Source of the DNA: Priapulus caudatus
Taxonomy: Eukaryota
Direction: 5' to 3'
Assembly (NCBI RefSeq): GCF_000485595.1
Contig: NW_014577076.1
Span: 533,674-597,673, forward strand
Length of the DNA: 64,000 nucleotides
Every line of letters starts with the position of its first letter. The stretch's first letter is position 1. The notes beneath the pieces were generated by a model, which was not told the origin of the DNA, made no database searches, and saw nothing but the letters and a program-made list of their open reading frames with translations. A program made the position numbers and the translations under genes. This document shows, piece by piece, positions 1 through 13,040 of the stretch.

Positions 1-128
1 CGACGGTCAGGCGAATAAGAAACCGTTTTCTATAGACCCGACGGTCGGGCAAATAAACCAAGGCTAGCTATTCGCCCGGCAGCGAATATTTTTTTCGTAC
101 GCGTAAGAGCCACTGATCTCTATAATAT

Positions 129-162
129 CAGGAGTAAGATAATATATATTATCTTACTCCTG
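129..162. mobile_element. 34-bp CAGGAG...CTCCTG palindrome with 7-bp TSD (P-like element remnant), nested in a second CACTG...CAGTG palindrome (111-192)
   Basis: Perfect 17+17 bp palindrome identical to the ends of the 28743-29421 element; ATAATAT on both sides. Confidence 0.8.
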
Positions 163-230
163 ATAATATTATAAATATTATAGAGATCAGTGGTAAGAGT
201 AAATACATGCGCGTGGAGTCATATACATAG

Positions 231-530
231 CACATCCAAAATTCTCAAATACAATATGTCGTAATAGCGTAGCGTGTACAGCGCAAGCATCCACTATGAA
301 AGGTCGGTGGATCGAATCCCATCTGTTTTCTAATTATTTTCCTGTTTTCTGTATTTTTCTATCTTTATCTGTTTAACATTTTCTTCCAATTAACGCAAAT
401 ACTTACATGATTTATTTACAACATTTTAATAACAACAATTAAAAATTTTATTTTTTATATATTTTTTTAAATAGGGATTGGGTTAGGGTTAGGGTTACTG
501 GTTAGGGTTAGGGTTAGGGTTAGGGTTAGG
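231..530 (+). repeat. Dispersed repeat with tRNA-like A/B boxes, a T-rich body and a (TTAGGG)n tail; homologous copy at ~31929-32189
   Basis: TAGCGTAGCG...GGATCGAATCCC, shared body ctgttttctgtatttttctatctttatc, and a TTAGGG run at ~476-530. Confidence 0.6.
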
Positions 531-1954
531 ATTTGGCTTACGCGTACGAAAAAAATATGTGCCGCCCGGCAGCGTCTATTTTGCAACAACTGCAGCAATA
601 ATTGCAATTATAGTAATATTATATGTTATATTAATGAGTAAAATATGTTTTTTATGGAAAATACATCAGAAAACTTATACTTATCTAGCTATTAGGGTTA
701 GGGCACTTTTTAGGGTTTTTGCATCATTCTTTAATACCGGTATATCGTAAAATATATGTTAAAATTAGAAGTGCCTAGTAAACATATCCTACCACCCCTT
801 TCAGCCGGCTGCGTTTTCTTCAGTCAAAGCAAATCGAAGCAGCCAATCAGAAGGCGCTAAATCCTTCAGTGTGGGAAAAAAAAATTTGCGGTCGGGCGAA
901 TAGCCAGAATTCCCTATTCAGCTATTGGCCCGACGGTCGGACGAATAGAAAGAATACCCTATTGGCCCGACGGTCGGGCGAATAGCCTCGGCCATGATAG
1001 TTAGTACCGTACACTTTCCTACCGGTCATAGCATTAGCGTATGCGGCGTGGTATGCAAAATGAAAACAAAACGTCACGAATTCTATTTCTATCCTCCAAT
1101 CACAGGTCGGAGAAATTCCTGTTTAGACACATGTTGTTTAATCGGGGCAGCACTTTATTCTGACATTTTAACCGTTTCCGACCTATCCCAATAAGACGGA
1201 GACCACTCTACTGTAGTCTAGACTATAGTCGAGTTGTAACAAAGCACTGAGATTGATATATGATCTTACTGTAAAATCTGATTCACTGTCACCGATTCAA
1301 TCAATCCCACTCGAGCTCAGTCTCCGAGTAGACAGACTCTTAGCTCTAGTAGTAGTACTATAGTACTACTACTAGCTAACAGACTCTGAGACTGTGTGCA
1401 GTGTGTGAACAGATTGGAACGGACTAATTATTTAACCAGCATACACCCGCTACGTTTTTAGTAAATACTATCGACTAGTATAAAGAAATAAGCAATAAGT
1501 TAAGTAGGGCGTCATATTCTACCTCCAGTAGTAATCCAATCAATGTGTAAATCAAATTTCAATGATGTTAGTAACTGTGTAACAACACTTTATACCGTTA
1601 AATATGGCGAGTGTATTTGGTAGGTACGTCACGATTACAAACCGCAATTACGATTGGTCCATGTTTGCTCCAGCTGCCCAAACCTACCCAATGAACAACG
1701 GTTATTCGTGCAATTTCTACTTCCGTATCTAATTCGCCACTTGTCGGTTTTGGCGTGGCAATCAACAATTCGTCGTCCTCGTTCAGCTATCATAATCATA
1801 TCATGGTTTTTAAGCGGTCTGTTTCTATTGCCGTCAGCAGAAGGAAAGCTATCGAGAAACTGTGGCATCAATGTCACCTGGAGAGTGTCAAAAAAGTCAT
1901 TTTCTCGTTCGATCCATTTAGGCCAAACGTAAAATCATGCAGGTACCTGAAACC

Positions 1955-2584
1955 TAGCTCTACTCTAGTACTATAGCCGCTTACATTAACTGCCGCTGGG
2001 CTATAGACCGACCCATGGGGCATGCAATGGACCAACTTATCCCCAATGTATCCGGCTAAAAAAACGTCTGTGGTAGGCAATTAATGCCTCTTATCCGAAG
2101 TGAATATGTCTTAAGTTATAGCCGCTACTAAAATTGAACCTCTATTAGCTCTAACTATCGTTGCAATGGTATACTTGCGGTATTTCTTGTGAACAACAAA
2201 CATTCATTTGCCGAACTTCAAACGGCCATTTCTGGCGGCGCTGCAGCAGCGCCAGTCAGTGGGAACTATGTATTTTCCGCATGTGGAGGGTGGTCGGGTT
2301 GGGGTGGTTGTGGAAAAAAACATTGTTGTTGTCAAGTAACAAATTAAGCGATCAGAGATTGTAATATTAGTTTTGTCATGAAAGATGAACAAATTACTAT
2401 TATTAATTTGTTACTTGACAACAACAATGTTTTTGTCCACAACCAACACAACCCGCCCACCCCTCCACATGCGGAAATACATAGTTCCCGCTGACTGGCT
2501 GGAGTAAGTTGGTCCCGAGCATTCGTAATGGTTGATGCTATAGCCCAGCGGCAGTTAATGTAAGCGGCTATAGTACTAGAGCTA
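1955..2584. mobile_element. MITE with TAGCTC...GAGCTA termini and 9-bp TSD (MULE-like); internal inverted repeat 2251-2347/2403-2499
   Basis: About 45-bp TIR (ctctagtactatagccgcttacattaactgccgctgggctatag); CCTGAAACC duplicated on both flanks. Confidence 0.75.
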
Positions 2585-2838
2585 CCTGAAACCTAACCCG
2601 ACCAGGCTGTGTAACTAACGTCAATACACCGCCTGACATCCATCCATTGAAAAATCTTGTAGCTGTACAAAAACTACCGAACAATTACGTATATCTCAAA
2701 TAAAATGATCATCTAAGCATTTCTGCCTTGTTTTGTATCAAATATAACCTTCACCTTATAGTATTCCAGCGTTGTTATTAAAACTAATGCTCATAGGGTC
2801 TATGTCCCCTCAGTTTGCTAATACCTCCGTTTGAAAAC

Positions 2839-3112
2839 TATTTGAAACAAAAGGCAGCTACTAGCACGCTATTGCTAACTCGGCGGGCAATGTGGCTCGC
2901 TGGGAGATTTGAATCAGATCTGCTGCTGATAGCGGATTGGCGTGCGTGCGTGGTATGGGGGCATGCCAGCTGTATTGCCGGCATGCCAGTGTAGCTGTGT
3001 ACCGGGTCAAAGGTTATCTCGCCGAGTGTTGCGTTGATGCCTAATCTCCCAGCAAGCCACATTTCCCGCCGAGTTAGCAATAGCGCGTTAGTAGCTGCCT
3101 TTTGTTTCAAAT
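2839..3112. repeat. Inverted-repeat (MITE-like) element with ~70-bp arms
   Basis: tatttgaaacaaaaggcagctacta...gggagatt is mirrored by aatctccc...tagtagctgccttttgtttcaaata. Confidence 0.7.
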
Positions 3113-4912
3113 AACTTTCTCAACGCATGGATTTTGCTGGCAACAGAATTGAAAATCGTGTCGTACGTTTTAGTCTCTATCTCCGGATTGCGGGTGTATA
3201 CGAGGAAACGATTTTGCACGATGCTAGGCGGACGAACTGTGTACGATTTGAGCTCAAGTTGGTTGCGTTACGCGTAGTAAATCGTAGGTATTTTAAGGCT
3301 AGTAAATGACGAATTTCCCTTGTTTACTGATGTCACACTCCTTCCCTATTATCTACTCCTGAATAATGTAACCCAAACACAGGATAGGGTTACAACGCGA
3401 GCCTATCTTTTTGTGTGGAGGAACCCCTGAGTGAATCACTCAGGGCGGTTTGCTGCATGGTGCGTTTTCAGAGACTATAACTTCCAAACTAAGTTTATTC
3501 TCAACACGAACCTTTCTCCGCTATCCTGGAACTTACTATGTATCACAATACTCTGTGTTAAACTAATATGATGTGTTACAAAAATTCGAAGCGACGAGCG
3601 GCGATTCTTCCAGCGCCATTTCTGTTGACCTGTGACGTACGCATTCCCAATGCGCATAGCGTTCGGCTATCTTCGTCATGACGTCACGACTGACAGCAGG
3701 CATCCAATGATACATTCGATCTTGGAATATCGCGAGATGGCATTGTGTACGATTCAGTGTTTACTTCCGTTCCGAGTTCAATTATCAATCTTGAAAACAT
3801 GCATCCTGATCAATTTTTTCGAATTTTTATACTGTTTTGGACTTTGTCGAAGACTGTATTTCGGCGAAGTACACGTTCGACACTCGCGGCATCTACCGCT
3901 CTACCGATTTAGCTGGTGTTAAAATTTGGCTTGGGCCTGGGCAGACGTTTGCGATGGGACCAAATTGGCTCGTGATAACTCGGCACAGCCCCGAAAAACC
4001 GTCTGTGTGAACGCTCAGCTCGAGCCAAATTTGGCGCGGGCCTAATTAGGCTCGGGCTAAAAACGTCCGTGTGAACGCGCCTATAGACTCGTAGTAGCTC
4101 TAGTACTATTGCCCGCGTACAGTTGCCGCAGCGTTGTAGACCAATAAAAATGAATAAATATAATCACAATTGTTTGTTCGCGAGCTCTACTCTAGTCGTA
4201 ATGCACACACTGTAAACCTGCCTAATATTAAACTGTGCGACTTTTGTTGTCGATGAACTTAAACTTTAAAGTTAATAAACTATCTCCTCAGACTCCTGCA
4301 GAGGTGGCATTTCTGGCATGCCAATAATAATAATATAAATGTCAATGTTACTGTTAGAGTAAAATAGCACTAGTATTACTTGTAGGGGGAATATATTATG
4401 CTGATTTCCTCTGAAATTCCCAAATTATCTGCTTGTACTCAAAGTAGTGTGCTATTCAAGCATTTTGTGCAGGTAGATTCAACACAAGGTCTTCCGTGTT
4501 CGAACCTTGCGTTCTGATGTTTTTATCGCCAATCACGTCCCACACTTTTGTGCAGAGTAATATTTAAACAGCGGCTCCACTTGACTCAACGTCTAGGCTT
4601 AAAAATCTGTGCGTTGTTAGGCCATGCAAAATTAGTATGTAATTAAGGCGAAATACTTGTAATTTTGCTAATAACTGTTAATGAACGTAAGTTTGAGTGA
4701 GAGGTTCATTATTTTCCCAATGCTAGTTCATTATTAGGTTTTAAAAAGGGTAGTTTTGTTGTTGTGCAAAACTACTATCCTGTACAAACTTACTGTTGTA
4801 CAAACTAGCAGCTTGCCTGCGCTCAAGTAAATTTCATTGAACAAATGCTCATGTCAGTCTCTGCGCCTGTAAGCTGACCGTTAACATGTCTATGGGTTGG
4901 GTTAAGCCTGAT

Positions 4913-5205
4913 CACAGGCCCTTGGAGGCTCAAGTTTCAAGAAGAGTATTTAAGAGAAACCTCTACGATATGCAGCATAGTGCTGACACCTAGTGGAGAT
5001 TAATTATATTATTTAATTACATTATATCAAGAGCGTATAAAGAAGGTTATACGCTCTTGATTATATACGTATATGTAAAATAAACCGGTACAAAGCCCTA
5101 GTATGTCAAAATTATGTATCAAACCCAAAAATTACTGAAATAAATAGCGTCAGATATGCGAAGTGCTTATACTCTTTTTGAAACTTGAGCCTCCAAGGGC
5201 CTGTG
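4913..5205. mobile_element. P-like MITE (CA...TG termini, 28-bp TIR, ~7-bp TSD) containing a nested 32-bp palindrome (5028-5059)
   Basis: cacaggcccttggaggctcaagtttcaa and its reverse complement; flanks GCCTGAT/GTCTGAT; the nested element is flanked by ATTATAT. Confidence 0.7.
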
Positions 5206-6048
5206 GTCTGATCTGGCACACCTGCTGTGTAACAATGGGATTAGAATAGATTATGATAAGGATAGTATCATAATAGTATGTAATTAGGATTGGGGGATGC
5301 TCTGAAAGACACTGAAGCAGAGTGGAGCACCGAACACAGGCCTCCCTCTATTTTTCCCCCTCAAAAATTCATTGCGATTCTTTAGAAATTATTAGTTAAT
5401 TGAGTAATAACAGGATGAGCATGAAATCAAAAACAAGGTGATGGACAGAACGTCACTGCCAACATATTTTTGCCAATTGGGTTTATAGTGTGATATATTG
5501 TAATGACAGTGAATAACAATAAGTTTATTGAATAATACAGACCTCCAAAAACATACATATGTACAATGTCTTTCTAACCAGCAAAGAAACATCATACTGT
5601 ATAAAACTGGCTTTGCCTTTGTTTCAACTTTTGATGAAAACAGATTATAGTGTTATATGTTATACTGTTATTATTGTAATGTTTTATAAAAATAGTAAAC
5701 TATTATGAAAATAAAACCAATTCTCATCACTGGTAGCACAATATTAGGCCAGCAATTATAATTACTAATATGTGCGTCTGATAGGGGCAGGGGAATAACC
5801 TTTCAGTTCCTGTATTGTGAATCCATGGAGCAGTCTGACTGACTACAGATTGTGCACCCCAAACCTAAACAGCTTCAAGTCTTGCCTATATATATACATT
5901 AACAAAGTGAATTCCTATTCTATACACTAGGAGTACAAGTTTAGTGTGATAACAGAGGCATATATTTAGGCCTGAATTCAGAAAAAGATACTGATTATTT
6001 GTTGCAAAAGGCTGAAAACTACCTATACAGATTTCACAGGTAATTAAC

Positions 6049-6244
6049 GCTCAGGGTCTATGTCCCCCAGGGTACTGCCGGAACGTACCCTGGTAACTAT
6101 TTGATATGGTTATGGTTAAGGAGTAGGCGTAGGCGTAGGCGACTCCCTATACTCGTTAGTGGAGTAGGCGAGGTACGGTCCGGCATATTAGATAGTACCA
6201 GGGCACGTTCCGGCAGTACCCTGGGGGACATAGACCCTCTCAGC
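6049..6244. mobile_element. MULE-like MITE with 9-bp TSD GTAATTAAC
   Basis: About 50-bp TIR (agggtctatgtcccccagggtactgccggaacgtaccctggta); exact 9-bp flanking duplication; second copy at 8754-8973. Confidence 0.8.
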
Positions 6245-7009
6245 GTAATTAACAGTTGTTATGAATATTTCAGAGATGTGCTAAGTTTCGTAGGATCATC
6301 AAGGGTGCAAGAGACCAATGACAAATGTCGTGTCCAGCTACAAGTTAAGAGTGATCGTTCTGAACCGTCCGTTGATCTGAGCTTTGGTGAGTGTACTCTG
6401 TTATATTTATAGGGGTTATTTCTCCATTGAAGCGTCCATTACACATGGTTCATGAAATTCTTTGCTTTTAGAGATGTTAATATCTTCATTCTTGTTATAA
6501 ATACATTATGTAAGATTGTAAGTCCAATTTACAGTTAAGAGATTGAATTCAATCAAATCACTGTCTAACAATCACTTTCCTTGCTATTGGGAATTCGATT
6601 GCACGGTTCTCCCCAGGCCTTCATTGCATGTCAGGTACAACATGCCCGGGCCCCCCACTCAGTGTTATTTAGGGTACGCATATGCTCGTTCCCTCCCTTT
6701 GAAAGCACCCCCCCTATCTCAGGACTGCCAAAATTTCTGAACCCCCCTTTCGCGGGCTTTTTGCGGGGTTTTCCTGCCTTGGAGACCCCCTTAAATTCGG
6801 AACACTGCTCCTAATCGGGAACTATGGGGCAATATTTTTACTTTTCAAAATGAAATAATCCTGAATGAGCTTTCAAAACTAGCAGGAATTTCAGGAATTT
6901 GATCCCGGGATTTGATAAAGTTTTCTATGATATTCAAGATGAAAGAGAGAGGAAAAACACCCTTTTTTTAAAGAAATCTCCAGGTGAAAAGTCAAATACA
7001 CCACCTTTT

Positions 7010-7190
7010 TAGCTCATCTGACATAGTCAGATGCAGCTTGTAGAATCGCTTGATCGTCCGTCCGTCCGTCCGTCCGGTCGTCCGGTCGTCCGGTCGTCCG
7101 TCCGTCCGTCAACAGTTGGGCACAAATCTTAACCGCTCGACGTACGGTCACGATATTCGGGTCGTTGGGGGGGATCGTCAAAACGAGATT
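7010..7190 (+). mobile_element. 5' part of a HINE/Helentron-associated element (same family as 30858-32403); a further segment lies at ~9361-9535
   Basis: tttttagctcatctgacatagtcagatgcagct hairpin followed by (CCGT)n. Confidence 0.6.
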
Positions 7191-8607
7191 TTTTAACATT
7201 TTAACTCGTTCGTAACACTATTTTAACTCGTTTGTTTTTTGGGTTTAAAAGTGATATTGAATGAGGTGTCTCAAGTTAGCAAGAGGCCAGGGAACCAGAA
7301 TAAACACTCGGGAAGGGCCGTTTTCGGCCATCTGGGTGGTTTGTAAAACCAAAAATTTTCTTGTACGCTCCGCGCCAACCGATGGTCGCGCTCCGCTCAG
7401 ATACTCGTGCCTACAACTTTTAAAATCCTGGCTACGCCCCTGGTTCCTACGCATAGTGAATATACTACTCTGAATAGACAGCGAGACCACGAATAACTAA
7501 ACCAGGTGGTCGACTACACCCCCCCCAACCTCCTTTTCCTACCAACAGGGTTCGCTAGTGTCGGCGACTGTGATTGGATTAGACGGGTACCTTAGCTAGA
7601 CCATGAACCAACGTACTGGCTCTTTTATCAAAGTAATAATATGGTAATAATAGATGTTGCCCCAGTCTATGAGCGGATCCGTCCTTTATATTGGATCGCT
7701 CCGCGTGTTGTGACGGGGCGAGATATCACTAGCGTATTGAATAAGTCGCCGTTCTTCTGGACAATTTTGAACCGTACTCAGCCCTTTAAAACAGGTAAGA
7801 AATAGTTATCATCAGACTAACGTCGTCGCTACGATAACATTTTACTTTGCTAGAGTAGATAGTGAAGCGATACCGGCAATCATTGCTATTTCATGGTCCA
7901 TCATGCACGACCCGACGTAACCCAACATTACTCATTAGTTGATTGTTGGGTTACAATATTGAGCTCTTTATATGCTATATTATTGAGCTAGCTATGATGC
8001 TTTTCAATATTCTGTGCTATGTTGGAGCTGTAAGGTAACTTCCCGTGCCGTTAGTGCTATGTTTTAACTGCCTAATCAAATTGTGTCTTGTGTATGACGA
8101 TGGATAGTCTTGTAGTAGGCCCTACCGGTAATACTAATACTAATAAGTAATAGCAGGAGTAATATTATCTTACTCCTGCTAATAGTAATAGGTACCGGTA
8201 CCGATAATAGGGACTGCATGGGCATGGGCATGGGCATTCATGATCGGCTATTAGTATTAGTATTAGTATTACTATTAGGCCTACATAACTGCAGTCTGTA
8301 GCCAAAAGCTATATAGGCATATTATATCAGAATTTATAGCATTAGATCAACTGTTTTGCACTAAATTTTATTTTAGCTGTGGCAATATGTCTGTATTTTG
8401 TGACATATGTTTAATATCGATGTTAGCAACATAGGCCTATTGTAATTGACTCCATATGTCATTTCTACATAACAGAAATCATGATATAATTCTGCAATAC
8501 TGCGGACATATACTTTTAATTTTATTTAGCATTATTCATTGTCATAGATCATTTAATGAAATCATTATTGATATTGTGTGTGTGTGATTATATATAGGTT
8601 TTAACAA

Positions 8608-8682
8608 TAGCTCTAGTACTATAGCTCGCGTACATTGACTGCCGCAGGCAGTCAATGTACGCGGGCTATAGTACTAGAGCTA
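8608..8682. mobile_element. 75-bp palindromic mini-element of the TAGCTC...GAGCTA family
   Basis: Near-perfect palindrome; flanks TTTTAACAA/TGTTAACAA (8/9 match). Confidence 0.7.
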
Positions 8683-8753
8683 TGTTAACAAATACTTGTA
8701 AGAGCAGGTCTCAAAGATGGTGTTTAGAGCCTATACCTATATGGGATATTGTG

Positions 8754-8973
8754 GCTCATAGGGTCTATGTCTCCCAGGGTACTGCCGGAACGTACCCTGG
8801 TAACTATCTAGCTGATATGGTTAGGGTTAGTGTTAGGGTTAGGGAGTAGGCGTAGGCGACTCCCTAGACTCGTTAATGTAGTAAGCGAGGTACGGTCCGG
8901 CATATTAGATAGTAGTATTTAGTATACCAGGGTACGTTCCGGCAGTACCCTGGAGGACATAGACCCTCTCAGC
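8754..8973. mobile_element. MULE-like MITE, second copy, with 9-bp TSD GATATTGTG
   Basis: Same TIR as 6049-6244; exact 9-bp flanking duplication. Confidence 0.8.
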
Positions 8974-9692
8974 GATATTGTGGGGTGATGCTGGTAAAGA
9001 CACAACCATATTGTTAAAATAGTGATTGTAGGTAACTTCAATATCTATGTAAGGTACGTATATTTCGTATGGCAGGTCTGTCAACAGAAAATGCCAGAAA
9101 AGTGTGTGTTCTGAATGCAGCACATGTGAAGTCTATCTTTAGCAGTGTGTGCTTGTGTGTGGGGGGGGGGGAGCTACAATGCCAGCTTCAGAAATTCTGT
9201 TCAAGTTAACCTCAGGTAAACAGAGACACTATCTTGTTTTGTTACTTAGACTACTTAGATTAGAGTTCCATCCAGAGAAAAAAAATTATAGACTGATTTT
9301 CGTATTGGAGCATGGCCAATTTTTTGGCTTAAAAATTTTCAAAAGGGCGAGTAGATTTTAGACATTTTCTGAGGACATGGTCTGACGGAGCGATTGGAAA
9401 ACTTTTTTGTTTTAGCGGTGACCTACCATTTTTATGGCTTTATTGAAAGGACCATAAATGTAATTTCCGCTGACATGCGAAGAGTAAGTGTCGGATAACC
9501 TTTTGAACCTCAAGAGGAGGGTTAAACATGGATTTGTTGACTGTTAACAAAGGACTGAACTGCTTTTGCTATTGTGGATGTGAGGCTACAGTTGCACAGT
9601 TCAATTACGAAGGCAAATGTTTGTTGAACAAGGTTTACGTACCCTAAATCGTATTATTTTCTAAAGCAGTCTGTATTAGCACCCTGTATTAG

Positions 9693-10228
9693 CAGGGGCG
9701 TAGCCAGTATGTAGCACTGTAGGCACGGCCCTACACTTTTTTTGGCCAAGTTATCTTTTTTTTTAAAACACCCATAATTCAAATCCATAAGCTTGCTGGA
9801 CGAGTTTAAGAGTCTAGACAGGAAAAACTATTGAAATGAACGTAGCAAGAATATGGCTAAATTAGGTGACCTATTCTTCTGTCATCTAGGCTGTCATTTC
9901 TATCGCGTGCCGTTTCATTCAACACTCTACCCGCCGAAAAAGACTAGGATCCGATCTTGTCATTTTTTTAACATTTTAACTCGTTCGTAACACTATTTTA
10001 ACTCGTTTGTTTTTTGGGTTTAAAAGTGATATTGAATGAGGTGTCTCAAGTTAGCAAGAGGCCAGGGAACCAGAATAAACACTCGGGAAGGGCCGTTTTC
10101 GGCCATCTGGGGGGTTTGTAAAACCAAAAATTTTCTTGTACGCTCCGCGCCAACCGATGGTCGCGCTCCGCTCAGATACTCGTGCCTACAACTTTTAAAA
10201 TCCTGGCTACGCCCCCGCTACGCCCCTG
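9693..10228. mobile_element. hAT-like MITE (CAGGGGCGTAGC TIR) with 5-bp TSD ATTAG; its 3' half is repeated at ~7191-7442
   Basis: TIR pair and flanking ATTAG; near-identical ~250-bp partial copy. Confidence 0.7.
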
Positions 10229-10510
10229 ATTAGCACACTGTAATGAACCCTGAATGCTCGCGTGGGTAGGCAAAAACATGGGGGCAGCCCATTACGCATG
10301 CATGGGAGTGAATGGGCACTATTCTAATCATAATTATTGCCTGGCAACCTGCAATGCAGATGTGTTAACTCACAGCTGAGCGAAATTCTCGCCTGCCTGA
10401 ATACACTTGGATTTTAGCCGGTAGGATTTCAGCAACTCAATGGATCGCCGTGAGGTTATCACGCACGAAGGGTGATGCCATCTTTGATTATTGATGACAC
10501 TTGCAAGTTG

Positions 10511-11303
10511 CAGGGCGTCAAGTGACAAGTGACGCTCAAAAAATAGGAAAATAGGAATTTCAGATGTGAAAAAATAGGAGGAAAATAGGAATTTTTGTGA
10601 AAAAATACATGTTAAATAGGAATATTTGTTGCGTTAGATGGCCTCCCAACACCCCTACAGCCATCCCGATCCACCACAAATGGTTTTATTAATATACATA
10701 TTTGGAGTTACATCACATGCGAACAATATTTTGAGGATATGCAATATCAAGGATATGCAATTGATAAGCAGTTTATACATGCATAAGCACCCATACATGT
10801 AGACTACTCCAAAATAGTATGACGTACATGTATACATGTACATGTACATGTACTGGACCTCCCCTCTGAATACACATACCACATCCAACTGAGAAACAAC
10901 TTTACTGAAATAAAATCTGTGATAGTAGAGTATATATTACGTTAATTTAAAGTAAAGGGTGGGAGTCTGAGGGGGTCCTCCCCCAGAAAATTTTAGAAAA
11001 TTGGGTCACCTGAAATGTAAATTCCTGCATTCTGAGAAGGATACATACAATTCTGGATTCAGAAAAATGAAAAGCCCTCAAAAATAGGAAAAAATAGGAA
11101 TTTGTCCAGAAAATAGGAGAAAATAGGAATTGCCCAGAAAATAGGAAAAAATAGGAACTTGTAGGAACTTGACGCCCTGAANNNNNNNNNNCAATTCCTA
11201 TAAAAAGCCCTCAATTCCTATTTTCTCCTATTTTCTGGACAAATTCCTATTTTTTCCTATTTTTTGCCCAGAAAATAGGAAAAAATAGGAACTTGACGCC
11301 CTG
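10511..11303. mobile_element. hAT-like MITE (CAGGGCGTCAAGT TIR) with AAATAGGA subterminal repeats; spans the N-gap at 11182-11191
   Basis: TIR at 10511; reverse-complement ends at 11179 and 11303, the end being duplicated across the gap. Confidence 0.6.
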
Positions 11304-13040
11304 CACTTGCACGCGCCATCTCGCAGCAACTGCTTTTGCTATTAGAGCCCCCTCCACCCGCCCCCTCCCCCCACCCCCACCACTACGCTCGCACTCGACG
11401 CATATCTATGATAACATGTTAATATTGCGTAGTACACAGCTGTATTACACAGATTTACACAGCTGTATCTGTATTACTGCACTACCAGTATAGCAAAGCC
11501 TAGCTATCATAGATTTTAGATCTGTATTAGTAGTATCCTAGATATATGCTCTGCGCGCGAATGCGGTGGCGGGAGGGCGCACTTGATTCGGTTGCCAGTG
11601 AGTTTATCAGAAGAATACCCGGCTACAGTACACATCAGTTGAGCGCTGTCGCTCTGCGCCACTTGTCTGTAAAATATTAAATTTTTCCCCATTTTCTTCC
11701 TGAAAGTAGGGGGGATGAAAGCATAGGGGATATACCCCCATCCCCCCGCTATCTACGCCCCTGTCAGATGAACTCAAATTTGACTTTTGATATGCATACA
11801 AATATTCATAATCATAATCTTTGTTAGCTGTTAGCAGTACTCTACAGGTGCCGCGAAACGATTTTTGAAGTGGGGGTGCTCAATTTGTTACGCTCGACAG
11901 TGGCCAATGCAGGTTTTCGAGGAGGGTGGTAAGAAACAGGTGGAGGTATGCGGGTACTCCCCCAGAAAATTTTGAATCCACATTTTCCTCCTGAAAGTAG
12001 GGGGGGGGGATGATTGTACACGCCATCCCCACCACATCAATAAGTGGGGGGATGCATCCCACCATCACCCCCACCCCCCTATCTACGCCCCTGTACTCAA
12101 CTATGACGTATCTCTCCTTGAGTTAGCAAGTTGGGAAATGCATGTATTTTATTTTATAAACTTACAAACATTTTGCACACAATATAAAGCAAGAAAAATA
12201 TAATTTCATCATTACTTTTACTTCCAAAAATACCCCTTTTCAAAAAAAAATAAACACATGTTCATCAAAGTGTTACAATAGCATCATTAGCAATAGGAAG
12301 TTTGATTCATGGTAAAGCCTTGAAGTCATGCTCATATATTATCAAGCATTTACTTGAATGCATATCAAGTAAATGACATGGAAACATGCGACTCACACTT
12401 ACTTTTTTAACGTGTTGAACAAGTTCCAAGCATTAATAAATGTTGCTTCTGTAACTATTATTAACCCAGTAAATAGAGAGATGCTATGATATTGCTGTAG
12501 CTTTACATAGCATTATGTAAATGGTTTGCACATCTAACACTTGATTTACACTGCCTTGTCCAATCATTCGCTTCGATCTGCCAAGCATCTAGTCCAAGGA
12601 TAAACGAAATGCCACCATTGTCCTTCACCTGCCTCCGCTGTCTGTCCGTAGCCATATATACGCATGTTATCCTACAGAATATACAATAATATTAGTATTA
12701 GGCTTACATGAAGTAGGATGCAAAAGCCTGTAGTGTGCCACGGCAGGACTATGCATGATACTTGCTGAAATACGACTGACTCGCTCATTTTAAAATATTT
12801 CATAGGGTATATCTGTCGGCATTATGGCATCGATGACCTTGAGGATTCGCACCAAAAAATCTGCTTGCACTGCCACTGGTTCTCTCGCGAAACGTAGCAA
12901 GAGCGGTATCGGTGCATGGGTGCATTGCACTGCGATACGAGAGCTGCGTGCTGAAAGTGTTTACGCATTTCAAACAATACGAAATAAACGCCACGTGTAT
13001 ACTTACCGTGGGCACTGAATAGCATATAGCATATGCAGCA

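Noticed and set aside
476..530. (TTAGGG)n as a true telomere or chromosome fusion site
   Set aside because: Short and embedded in a dispersed repeat that recurs at ~32173-32189; similar motifs occur inside MITEs.
5945..6386. Apparent in-phase exon pair (…ENYLYRFHR / DVLSFVGSS…DLSF, ending at G|GTGAGT)
   Set aside because: The intervening 'intron' is almost entirely a MITE plus its TSD, and removing it leaves only 29 nt. The upstream frame has several stops and the peptide is not recognisable. The 6274-6386 segment alone could still be an exon but is unsupported.
11182..11303. Apparent inverted and duplicated MITE end
   Set aside because: Directly abuts a 10-N gap and is most likely a local misassembly.
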